From IMG/VR virus record IMGVR_UViG_3300024258_000017: DNA of 20,000 bases, one strand, 5' to 3'. This stretch comes from an uncultured virus (IMG/VR IMGVR_UViG_3300024258_000017). Taxonomy: Duplodnaviria > Heunggongvirae > Uroviricota > Caudoviricetes. A model generated the notes under the pieces. It was not told the DNA's origin, did not search any database, and saw only the letters and a list, made by a program, of their open reading frames with translations. A program made the translations under genes and the position numbers. Below are positions 1 to 8,057 of the stretch, in pieces (positions within the stretch are counted from its first letter, which is position 1; every line of letters starts with the position of its first letter).

Positions 1-597
1 TTTGATTATTTCAGACTACCTTCGCCGGGTGTTCCGGCTTCTCTCACAACAACCCCCGGCAAGAATCAAATGTTATTGACGTGGGAGCAGGATGAATCAT
101 ATAAGACTGAGGTTTATTCCAGTACGGATGGAGTAAATTATACTTGGCTTGCAACTGTTGGGCGGGGAGAAAGCAGGTATGTTCATACTGGGTTAGTAAC
201 TTACGGAAAGTATTACTACAAACTGAAACACATGAATGATACTGGGGCTGTATCAGCCTTGACCTCTCAGGCAACGGGAACTGTGCTTCAACAAATAATA
301 CCACGGACTGTAACAGTCGATACAAAGATTACATTGACAGATGAAGGTACAAGGATATTTGTTAATAGTGGTGTCGCAGAAACAATAACTATGCCAGAAA
401 ATACTACTGAAAATCTCCCAGTAGGATTTAGTTGTGAAGTTGTAATGATGGGGGCGGGTGACGTTGACTTTGCAGTAGAGGGTTCTGATAATTTAAATTC
501 AGTTGGTGGCTTTACGACGATCAATGCTCAGTATCAGATGGTTGAGGTATATAAACAGGCATCAGGTGAATGGTGGTTGTTCGGAGATTTAAAATAA
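1..597 (+). CDS. Partial (5'-truncated) virion/tail-fibre-like protein: fibronectin type III-like repeat plus C-terminal beta domain
   Basis: The frame is open from base 1 (FDYFRLPSPGVPASLTTTPGKNQMLLTW...), so the track's start at 70 is probably internal. FN3 pattern: P..L...LTW...Y.VY.S.DG...Y.H.GL....YYYKL. The C-terminus (TITMP..LPVGFSCEV..GAGDV..AQY...WWLFGDL) resembles phage tail-fibre ends. Confidence 0.7.
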   Translation, partial: FDYFRLPSPGVPASLTTTPGKNQMLLTWEQDESYKTEVYSSTDGVNYTWLATVGRGESRYVHTGLVTYGKYYYKLKHMNDTGAVSALTSQATGTVLQQIIPRTVTVDTKITLTDEGTRIFVNSGVAETITMPENTTENLPVGFSCEVVMMGAGDVDFAVEGSDNLNSVGGFTTINAQYQMVEVYKQASGEWWLFGDLK

Positions 598-939
598 AAC
601 GACGTGAGAAAATAAACTATCTCCAACACACTTTCCTGTTTTCCAATACTTCGCTCTGAGTTTCCCTTTTTGACTCCCCGTAAATTCATTTAACCAAGCA
701 ACACGGTCCTTGTCTTCTCCCTTTGCAATCCTACCGAAGTTGGTTTTCTTAAACACTGGATACCAAGCGTCCCATGCCACGACATGCACCTGTTTCGGGG
801 TTACTTTTTCAACCTTCCAAGTCCTTCCAAAGTTAGTAATTGTTTCACCCTTCGTATAAATAAAGTCACCTTTTTTTACATTCGGGTCTATTGGTGCCAG
901 AATAAGTCTGGTCGAATCCACGTTCATTAAGTTTTCCAT
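589..939 (-). CDS. Hypothetical protein, possible SH3/KOW-like barrel
   Basis: 116 aa, AGGAG RBS, TAATG coupling with the upstream gene. VKKGDFI...WKVEKVTPKQVHV pattern; the fold call is tentative. Confidence 0.7.
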   Translation of the reverse strand: MENLMNVDSTRLILAPIDPNVKKGDFIYTKGETITNFGRTWKVEKVTPKQVHVVAWDAWYPVFKKTNFGRIAKGEDKDRVAWLNEFTGSQKGKLRAKYWKTGKCVGDSLFSHVVLF

Positions 940-1238
940 TAATCAACTCCTTTTATAAATTCATCATCACGACTTACGTTCTTCTCCATCCAATCCCAAT
1001 CAATATAGCTTTCCAACTGTTCTATATTGTCATAAACGGCAGAGCGTTTCACATTTTTTTTATTAATATAATGTTCAGTCCAATAAATTCTAACCCACCC
1101 GAGTTTTGAATTGTGTTCATACTTCTCTATGATTATTTGCTCTCGTTTATTCTCGTCAACCGGCTTAAAGGTAATTATATTCCTTTGTGTACTCAGGGTC
1201 TTCAGTCGTTTCTCACGGGTATCGTATCTTAATTCCAT
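939..1238 (-). CDS. Hypothetical protein
   Basis: 99 aa, AAGGA RBS, tiles with its neighbours. Confidence 0.7.
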   Translation of the reverse strand: MELRYDTREKRLKTLSTQRNIITFKPVDENKREQIIIEKYEHNSKLGWVRIYWTEHYINKKNVKRSAVYDNIEQLESYIDWDWMEKNVSRDDEFIKGVD

Positions 1239-1251
1239 CTGGTCCTTTTAA

Positions 1252-1569
1252 TTAAAATTGATTAATATAGTGTACATGATAGTCTATTAGAATCCTATCA
1301 GGCTTACGAGGATCGCCACAGACAGCACGAATTAAGTATTTCGACACTTCACAGCACTGATCGGTGTTGGTTCCCCATTCAAAGGTGTATTCAAGCCCTT
1401 CAGTATAATAAATCCAGTCTTCACGGTCATCATAGTAATCTGTGTCATCGGGGATACCATACAGGTCTTCGACGTTCTCCATGTCTGAGTAACAATCGCA
1501 GTCAGATGTTGATAGGCAGGATGCAAAGATCAGGGCTATTATTAAAATTGTGTGTTTTATTTTATTCAT
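1252..1569 (-). CDS. Putative Cys-rich acidic lipoprotein
   Basis: Basic N-terminus, hydrophobic stretch and lipobox-like FASC (MNKIKHTILIIALIFASC); the mature part is acidic with CDC and CC motifs. Confidence 0.65.
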   Translation of the reverse strand: MNKIKHTILIIALIFASCLSTSDCDCYSDMENVEDLYGIPDDTDYYDDREDWIYYTEGLEYTFEWGTNTDQCCEVSKYLIRAVCGDPRKPDRILIDYHVHYINQF

Positions 1570-1783
1570 TTCTTGGTGCCTTCCCAGACTTAATAATATC
1601 TGTTAATTCGTCTAATGCTTTTTCAACTTCATCAATGGTATAGTTCATTGCGTCTCGATTAGAAAATTTATGAAAAATTATGGCATCCCTAACTTTTTGT
1701 TTAGCATGTTCATGATCCTTTGCATATAATTCGACCACCAGTTTTCTCTTAAATATCTCGAAGTAAACGGCATATAATATCAT
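1562..1783 (-). CDS. Hypothetical protein
   Basis: 73 aa, ATGA overlap with the upstream gene and GGAG RBS. Confidence 0.7.
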   Translation of the reverse strand: MILYAVYFEIFKRKLVVELYAKDHEHAKQKVRDAIIFHKFSNRDAMNYTIDEVEKALDELTDIIKSGKAPRNE

Positions 1784-2529
1784 TTGCGTTCTCCAATCAG
1801 TAGTTGACCGCCACTGTCTATAATCTTTTTAATTGACTTTGGATCGACGTGATCCTTAATTGCCTCATTCATGTGACAAATATTCTTTAAAAGGTTTACA
1901 AAAAATAATGCTGTCTCTTCCGTTGCTTCTATCTGCATTGCGTTGTGGTCAAAATTGTATTTATCACTTCTTGCCGGTCCCATCCCACACATAGCGTTTA
2001 ACCAATCTATGTTGGTATTCTTTCCACTATCTGTTATTGTTTCATACTCTTTTACTATCTTTCCACTTCTGAATTTATAATCACGTTCCATTAATACCAC
2101 CAAACATATCTGAATTCCCCAAGGATAATATTCATTGGTACTTCTTTTCTTGGTTCCTCCACACCAACCACCTTTGTCTGAATCAGAATCCCACGAACCA
2201 TTGGGAAGGAACTCACCGCTTTTATTTTTCCAGTAATCACAAGAGGTATCAATGAGATACCTTATGATAAGATTTTCACTGATTATTTCTCTACTGGTAT
2301 ATTCTGACATAACATCGTTGACTTTATCCGTCAACCCTTTTATGGTATTACTACTGAAGTATCCATAATTCTTTGCCCTATTTGTCATAAGGTTTATTCC
2401 AGTAGCTATTATAGCTTTTGCTAAATATTTATCTATTGTCGTGGTGAATTCACCTTCTGAGGTTACATTGATTGTATAACTATACAACTTTCCATAGACC
2501 TTGTGTGAAATAGTGGTTACTCTTGGCAT
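1780..2529 (-). CDS. Hypothetical protein
   Basis: 249 aa ORF with AAGGA RBS; no motif recognised. Confidence 0.8.
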   Translation of the reverse strand: MPRVTTISHKVYGKLYSYTINVTSEGEFTTTIDKYLAKAIIATGINLMTNRAKNYGYFSSNTIKGLTDKVNDVMSEYTSREIISENLIIRYLIDTSCDYWKNKSGEFLPNGSWDSDSDKGGWCGGTKKRSTNEYYPWGIQICLVVLMERDYKFRSGKIVKEYETITDSGKNTNIDWLNAMCGMGPARSDKYNFDHNAMQIEATEETALFFVNLLKNICHMNEAIKDHVDPKSIKKIIDSGGQLLIGERK

Positions 2530-2541
2530 TGTTTATCCTTT

Positions 2542-3003
2542 TTAAAACATTGTGGACGTGACAATCTCTTCAGCACGTTCTTCGCTGATACCAATTTTCT
2601 CATTCATCTCTTTGCATATCATTAGTGCAGACTCATAAGACCCGTGTGGGTAGACTGTCTCTTGGGTTACAAGATAACCGCTAACATTTTCTGTCGCAAT
2701 TAAAATGCAGAATATCGTATCTTCTTTATCCCCATCACAGCCACGTTGTAAGTTTTCCAATACAAAATAAGCCTGTTCATTATTATCCACTCCGATCATA
2801 GATGGTACTGAATCCATGGCTGTTACAATTGCAAGAAGTTCTAATTCCACACGGTTGATTGAGACTTTATCCAGTTTCCCTATATCGTCATAGTCTTCTT
2901 GCCAATTAATTTGACAGTCTGATAGTGACGAACTCAGCATTCCCCTTGCGATTAAACTGGCATGGTGGAATGTTATTGTGGATTTCTTTTTTTCGTCTGT
3001 CAT
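2542..3003 (-). CDS. Hypothetical acidic protein
   Basis: 153 aa, AAGGA RBS. Confidence 0.75.
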   Translation of the reverse strand: MTDEKKKSTITFHHASLIARGMLSSSLSDCQINWQEDYDDIGKLDKVSINRVELELLAIVTAMDSVPSMIGVDNNEQAYFVLENLQRGCDGDKEDTIFCILIATENVSGYLVTQETVYPHGSYESALMICKEMNEKIGISEERAEEIVTSTMF

Positions 3004-3011
3004 GATGTTCC

Positions 3012-3746
3012 TTATATGTTAATTACAATTATTGAACTTGAAACCATCGTCCCTGAAGTCTGAAAGGCTCCGCTCTTAGTCTGATAGACTGTTGCGTCCA
3101 TGTCTTTCAGGAAGTCACGGAATTTCGTTTCCTTCCTGTTCTTTGAAAATGACCAGTGCAATGAAGCTATTGAAACCAATCGTCCACCCGGGCGGAGTCG
3201 TTCACACATGCGTAATATGTGATCGATGTCCTGATTTTTGGCGAAAGGTGGATTGGCAATAACCCTATCGTAATAAAAATTAATTGGGTCTTTCATAAAG
3301 TTCCTGCCGACTAACTGTATGTTTTTTAGTTTATTGAGGGCTACAATATTGACATCCATGAGTTCAGCAACGTGAACAACCACATCCTTATTGACCCGAT
3401 GGATAGCATCTACAATGGCACCACGACCGGCAGATGGTTCCAGTATGTGCATGTCAGGCTCTATCTCTGCCAGATTCACGATATGATCAGCAAGTTTAGG
3501 GGGAGTTTCAAAGAACTGAAACTCTTTTTTCAAATCTACTTTCTCCCCTGCTTGCAGTTTAGTCAAGTAGGGTGTTGGGTCTTCAGAAAAAACAAAACCC
3601 TGAGTTCTGCCACCCTTCCATTTGCCACCGATAATTTTCATGGCTTTTTTCACTTTTAAATAGATATCCCTATCCAATTGAATCGCCGGAAGATTTATGA
3701 TCATCCCTGAAACGGAAAGGTTATTGATTGCTTCTTGATAGTTCAA
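3012..3746 (-). CDS. SAM-dependent amino-methyltransferase, probably a DNA N6-adenine methyltransferase (orphan)
   Basis: FQFFETP (motif X), ILEPSAGRG (motif I, SAM binding) and IANPPF (motif IV, catalytic) in gamma-class order. TTG start after AGGAGT. Confidence 0.88.
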   Translation of the reverse strand: MNYQEAINNLSVSGMIINLPAIQLDRDIYLKVKKAMKIIGGKWKGGRTQGFVFSEDPTPYLTKLQAGEKVDLKKEFQFFETPPKLADHIVNLAEIEPDMHILEPSAGRGAIVDAIHRVNKDVVVHVAELMDVNIVALNKLKNIQLVGRNFMKDPINFYYDRVIANPPFAKNQDIDHILRMCERLRPGGRLVSIASLHWSFSKNRKETKFRDFLKDMDATVYQTKSGAFQTSGTMVSSSIIVINI

Positions 3747-3757
3747 ATGCGTTACTC

Positions 3758-4309
3758 CTAATTAATGTCGTTTTTTGATATGTACTTTCCAATATCCCTG
3801 TCGGTATTGTTCTTAACGGTATCCCTGATCATCATGTGCAGGGTTTCATCATCGATCCCCGTCTCTGTCAGATCAATCACTGACAGATCAGCACCCTCTA
3901 ACAAGGCTTGGAATCTCTCTTCATATCCATCCTTCCATAGATTCTTAGTAATAACAAATACACCATAATCTGTTCTCACAGTATCAAGCCCCTCCGTTAT
4001 TGGCGTTGGGTCTTCACCAAGGATGTTCTTAACTTTATTCATAGACCTCCGACCAGCAGAAACAGAGTTTCCTATGACAATAATCAGAGCCATAAAGTTC
4101 TCGTCCTCGTCCTTGCCCGATGTAATTTTCCCACAATGAACACAGGTATAAACAACCTGTACCTCTCCAACTCTTTCCCCGTTGGTTTCAAAATTCACGG
4201 CATCTTTTTTGAATTTACTGATAGTCGTCTCAATAAATAACTGCCCTCTACAGGGAACACAGATTAAACAGCTTTCATCGTAATCAAAAGTCGATTTCTC
4301 TTTTGTCAT
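3758..4309 (-). CDS. Hypothetical protein with N-terminal Zn ribbon
   Basis: CVPC ... CVHCG pairs; 183 aa. Confidence 0.7.
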   Translation of the reverse strand: MTKEKSTFDYDESCLICVPCRGQLFIETTISKFKKDAVNFETNGERVGEVQVVYTCVHCGKITSGKDEDENFMALIIVIGNSVSAGRRSMNKVKNILGEDPTPITEGLDTVRTDYGVFVITKNLWKDGYEERFQALLEGADLSVIDLTETGIDDETLHMMIRDTVKNNTDRDIGKYISKNDIN

Positions 4310-4796
4310 CTTGTTTCTTTTCCTTATATATATTTTTAAAATTAATGTCTAATAAATTTGGTTCCCATACTACGGGTAGTTTTGATTCCTGTTTTACAAA
4401 GCGCACGTTCTTTGCACCTTTCGGCAGAAACAATGGTCGCATCAGAAAGTAACTATCGTTTAAAGTAATTTCATCCTTTTTTACTCGGATGATATTGCAC
4501 CCTTCCAATGTCCTGACTGCATCATGCCACTGCCATTCACGACCGCCTATGTCCCTACACATCTGTTCACGATGATAGTTTATCACTGAGAATCTTCTTT
4601 TCTCAGAAGCCAACTTTGGGATGTAATTCAATGCCTTGGCAGATAACTCACCTACTTTAATCAGTAACCTCAGATCAAACTTATCCATTGATAATAAATG
4701 AACGGCGACATCTTCATGCAGGAATATAGGGAACTGAGAATAGTGTTCCCTCCTATTCTTGTACCCTAATTCAAGCGCCCTGTCTTTTTTGCTCAT
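4284..4796 (-). CDS. Winged-helix DNA-binding protein, RepL-like
   Basis: REQMCRDIG...WHDAVRTLEGCNIIRVKKDEITLNDSYF resembles the helix-turn-helix, wing and N-x-x-YF pattern of RepL-type proteins. ATGA-coupled to the recombinase. Confidence 0.5.
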   Translation of the reverse strand: MSKKDRALELGYKNRREHYSQFPIFLHEDVAVHLLSMDKFDLRLLIKVGELSAKALNYIPKLASEKRRFSVINYHREQMCRDIGGREWQWHDAVRTLEGCNIIRVKKDEITLNDSYFLMRPLFLPKGAKNVRFVKQESKLPVVWEPNLLDINFKNIYKEKKQDDKREIDF

Positions 4797-5875
4797 AGTT
4801 GAATTCCGTTTTGATGGAAGACAGTCAGCATATTCTCATGTGACGGGTGATAATAATGTTTCTGGATTGTTGTAGTCTCACACCCTGCGATCTGAGACAG
4901 TTGTTCCATGGAGAACATATTGTGTCCGCTCTCCAATTTGAGTTCACATAATTTTGTAATGAAGTAATGTCTGAATCTATGGGGTGACAGGTCTTCGACG
5001 TTCGCCCCTATCGCCCATCTCTCAACTGTTTTACCAATTGTCCGTTCATTCATAGCCAGACTGGTATCAACTCTATCGGTCCTCTTGATAGTTGGAAACA
5101 GGTATCCGGCTGTATCCCCGCCTGATCGCCCACTGTAAGGGCTATAATGATGAACGAATTCATCGATATATCTTTTTATAATCAGCAATGTATTTTTACT
5201 GGTCGGTACCATTCTCCAACCATCTTTATTCTGTGATGTCTTCATCCCGTAGATATTAATATAACCTTTTTCGAAATAGACATTTGAAACTTTCAATGAA
5301 ATAACTTCATTCACCCTGACCCCAAGGTTCACCAACACCTCAAGAAGAGCCATGTCCCTTGACTTTATTATGATTTCCAGTGGTGTGACCGCCTTCCTCT
5401 TGGCAAGGTAGTCTCTGATTGAATCAACCTTCTCCCTGTTCAGTGGAGTCTTTGACTTCAGTTTCTTTTCTGTATTTGATTTTCGAATGTAAACAAATGC
5501 CCAGTTAGGATCAAATTCTGTGATGCCTTCATAGTTTGCCCACCGGAAAAAATCAGCAATAGCAGACTTGTATAGATTCCGAGTAGTCTTTTTCATGTGC
5601 TTATTAAATAAGCTACTGAAAAAATCTAACAGACTCTTTTGATCTGCATGTAATAATATATCACCTTTTATTTCATCCCATTGAGATTCAAATTTATTCC
5701 TGACTTTTCTATTCATAAAAAGCCATCCATTAAATGTCAGGACATATCTATAATATTGTTTGATTGTATTTTGTGCCAAGTTCCGTTCTTGGAGTTCGAG
5801 ATGTGATTTATAATCCTTGACACAGTTGGGAATAAATACCCTTCCCTTTCTTTTGTCTGTCAAAATCATTTTCAT
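4793..5875 (-). CDS. Tyrosine recombinase/integrase (XerC/D-like)
   Basis: N-terminal core-binding domain (LAQNTIKQY...AIADFFRW), RDMALLEVL..GVRVNEV (catalytic R), YGMK (K), SPHRFRH (HxxR) and a C-terminal Tyr (KHYYH). Start moved to the ATG at 5875, which forms an ATGA overlap with the upstream stop. Confidence 0.92.
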   Translation of the reverse strand: MKMILTDKRKGRVFIPNCVKDYKSHLELQERNLAQNTIKQYYRYVLTFNGWLFMNRKVRNKFESQWDEIKGDILLHADQKSLLDFFSSLFNKHMKKTTRNLYKSAIADFFRWANYEGITEFDPNWAFVYIRKSNTEKKLKSKTPLNREKVDSIRDYLAKRKAVTPLEIIIKSRDMALLEVLVNLGVRVNEVISLKVSNVYFEKGYINIYGMKTSQNKDGWRMVPTSKNTLLIIKRYIDEFVHHYSPYSGRSGGDTAGYLFPTIKRTDRVDTSLAMNERTIGKTVERWAIGANVEDLSPHRFRHYFITKLCELKLESGHNMFSMEQLSQIAGCETTTIQKHYYHPSHENMLTVFHQNGIQL

Positions 5876-6426
5876 TCTACCTTCCAATCATTTCTTTCTG
5901 CCATGGCGACCATCTTATCCCAGTCCTCGCCTAATTCACCCGTTACCCTGTCGAAAATTTCTCGGTCAGTCTTTTTTATGTGCATGAAGTAAGCCCAGAC
6001 TCTTTCCCAGTTAGGTTCTACTGATATTGTTTTCACCCTGTTTTCCCTGTTGTAATAATTACATAGTGCTTCAAAGGCTGTTGCACCCGTCTCAATTATT
6101 TGTTTTCCAGAATTGGGTGAGGCTACCCATTTTTGTTCAAAGTCTATAAACAGGTCTATCCCATTTGCAATGGCATACCTTAGAAATTCACTCTCATGAA
6201 TCAGCCAGCTTTTACATAATTCATCAGTTCTCTTTTTACTTGCGCCGAGATTCTTTGCCTCGATTAAAAACTCAAGTGTTGCTATCCGGTCATGCAGATC
6301 AAGACACCACCATTTTACAACGAAGTCACTCTCAAAATAAATTTCAGGTGTGTCAGCATCGACGACAGCAGGATTCTTATGGATTAAATTGCCACCTGTA
6401 TGCAGATAATAATAACACTTTAACAT
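5872..6426 (-). CDS. Hypothetical protein
   Basis: 184 aa, TAATG-coupled to the upstream gene. Confidence 0.75.
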   Translation of the reverse strand: MLKCYYYLHTGGNLIHKNPAVVDADTPEIYFESDFVVKWWCLDLHDRIATLEFLIEAKNLGASKKRTDELCKSWLIHESEFLRYAIANGIDLFIDFEQKWVASPNSGKQIIETGATAFEALCNYYNRENRVKTISVEPNWERVWAYFMHIKKTDREIFDRVTGELGEDWDKMVAMAERNDWKVE

Positions 6427-6761
6427 TACATACCCACCTTTTCCGGTACAGCAGTAAGCCCAAAAGAATTTTCAGCCTTATTGATATAGACATCAATCGT
6501 TTCTTGTGTCGTCCACTCTTCATATATCCCATCATCATTATTGTAATCAATTGGGTTACACCATTCCAACCTACTGCCCTGTTTAAAAACCTTATGATAA
6601 GACCCGTCGGTGTATTTATCTACTTTCAAACTTTCATACCAATCCATTAATTCCTGTTTATCATAGGCAACCGCTACCATATTTAATTTTTCATAATTAG
6701 CAGGAATTGGATTTAGATATAATTTAAAAACTAATACCTGTGTTATCGTTCTTGTCTGCAT
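6426..6761 (-). CDS. Hypothetical protein
   Basis: 111 aa, GGAGG RBS, TAATG coupling. Confidence 0.75.
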   Translation of the reverse strand: MQTRTITQVLVFKLYLNPIPANYEKLNMVAVAYDKQELMDWYESLKVDKYTDGSYHKVFKQGSRLEWCNPIDYNNDDGIYEEWTTQETIDVYINKAENSFGLTAVPEKVGM

Positions 6762-7018
6762 TACATGCCTCCTGCACCCGCATTCAGAGCCGATACATTT
6801 GATTCAGTTGTATATACACATGTCCAAATTGATTGATTAGAGTACCCTGTCAGAAGGAAAGTATATTTTAGTTCCCAGTCTGCATCATGCAAAGTCATGG
6901 TTGTCACCCCAATTAAAAAATCATTATCATCCCTGTCGCAAGACTTCATTTGAAGTTCTTCGAGAACACTTTGTTCTCCAATCTGATTGAATGTATAGTC
7001 TTTATTTTTAATAAACAT
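6761..7018 (-). CDS. Hypothetical acidic protein
   Basis: 85 aa, AAGGAG RBS. Confidence 0.75.
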   Translation of the reverse strand: MFIKNKDYTFNQIGEQSVLEELQMKSCDRDDNDFLIGVTTMTLHDADWELKYTFLLTGYSNQSIWTCVYTTESNVSALNAGAGGM

Positions 7019-7030
7019 TTGTTCTCCTTT

Positions 7031-7077
7031 TCATCCCACCCCGCAGATTGTAGCAGGATGGGATGACGCTTTTTTTT
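7031..7077. terminator. GC-rich stem-loop with adjacent T/A tract
   Basis: Arms at 7031-7044 and 7053-7066. As minus-strand RNA (UCAUCCCAUCCUGC/GCGGGGUGGGAUGA) it forms 14 bp with 2 G-U pairs. A T8 tract at 7070-7077 follows it on the + strand. Confidence 0.6.
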
Positions 7078-7128
7078 CTTTGAAATAACACACAAATTAA
7101 GGTGTTGAATATCTTGGGTGTGGCTTAG

Positions 7129-7326
7129 TTAATCTGGTTTCATCGTTCGGACGATGACAGCCCTCCGCCTTGGCAGTTTTCTTGCGCTGATCAGCTTCGA
7201 CCCAAGTGTAATTTTTGTGATATTTGTGTCATGAGGGGGTCGCCTCCAAGAGATGAACATGCTATTATAACGATAATAATAGCATCTGTAAATGGTATAG
7301 GCACGATCACGATATAAACCAATCAT
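7129..7326 (-). CDS. Possible small basic ORF (uncertain; region may instead be structured RNA)
   Basis: The ATG at 7326 overlaps the upstream TGA (ATGA), but the 65-aa product is atypically Arg-rich and the region holds several inverted repeats. Confidence 0.3.
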   Translation of the reverse strand: MIGLYRDRAYTIYRCYYYRYNSMFISWRRPPHDTNITKITLGSKLISARKLPRRRAVIVRTMKPD

Positions 7327-8057
7327 ATAATTATTGCCCACCATCCACGCAGAGGGTCTTTATATGGTTTGTTCGGTATAGGAATATGCAATTCTCCGCT
7401 ACAAAACCCTGCCTCGATTAATTTTTCAATATGTTCAATGCTTACTTCATCAATTTCCCCGTTGAATTTATCTTCAGAAAATTTATCAAACACATTGTAT
7501 CCAATTTCGTGTTGTAATATTTCAGTACGGTGTTCAAATAATTTTTCTTCTGTTGTCTCTGGCTCGGAGATATTTTTTACTGGTACTTCTAAAACGAATC
7601 TTCTGTTCCAAGCCTGTATTGCTTCACTCTCTTTAGAAAATACTGCCACTGACCCAAGTCTCATAATGCAAAAACTTGTAACACAATCAACTGAATAATC
7701 AGGATCATTAGTAACCTTGATGTGTCTCTCTTCGACTATACCTTCACCTCCGCAGAACGGGCATGGTTTTATTCCGGTCTTTTTACTTTTGGGTAATGGT
7801 AGTTTATCAAGATCGCTTTGTAACACTGATATTTTATCCGTGTAATCTTTTCTCAAAAGAGTAGGGTTGTTTCCCTTGTTCCACCTTTTAATAATTTCAT
7901 TGTCGGTAATATCCCAATTACAATTTTTTATTTCGACCTTATGACCACAGGAACATTCCCCCCACGAAACATTGAAAGTACTGTACCCACAATTATAAAT
8001 CTTAATGTCCTTGTTACCGCATTTGATACATGGTTTTATTTTAATCCGTTTTGCCAT
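7323..8057 (-). CDS. Lar (restriction alleviation)-family protein with two tandem Zn-binding domains plus an acidic C-terminal domain
   Basis: KPCIKCG...CSCG...IIKRWNK followed by KPCPFCGG...CVTSFC...EAIQAWNRR (Lar signature). Start moved to the ATG at 8057 (TAATG overlap, GAGGT RBS). Confidence 0.75.
   Translation of the reverse strand: MAKRIKIKPCIKCGNKDIKIYNCGYSTFNVSWGECSCGHKVEIKNCNWDITDNEIIKRWNKGNNPTLLRKDYTDKISVLQSDLDKLPLPKSKKTGIKPCPFCGGEGIVEERHIKVTNDPDYSVDCVTSFCIMRLGSVAVFSKESEAIQAWNRRFVLEVPVKNISEPETTEEKLFEHRTEILQHEIGYNVFDKFSEDKFNGEIDEVSIEHIEKLIEAGFCSGELHIPIPNKPYKDPLRGWWAIII

Noticed and set aside
44..524. Minus-strand ORFs 44-325 and 288-524 (and the alternate-frame ORF 1332-1526)
   Set aside because: They overlap better-supported genes and have no credible protein features.
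7135..7175. Minus strand GGCGGAGGGCTG...CGATGAAACC resembles the P2 region of a SAM-I riboswitch
   Set aside because: No UUAUC/GAUAA P1 helix, no GCAACC and no CCC to close P2b.
7113..7206. tRNA-Pro-like look on the + strand (GGGTGTGGCTTAG..., CATCG-TTCGGA-CGATG)
   Set aside because: The anticodon loop would be 6 nt, and no D stem or proper T arm can be formed.
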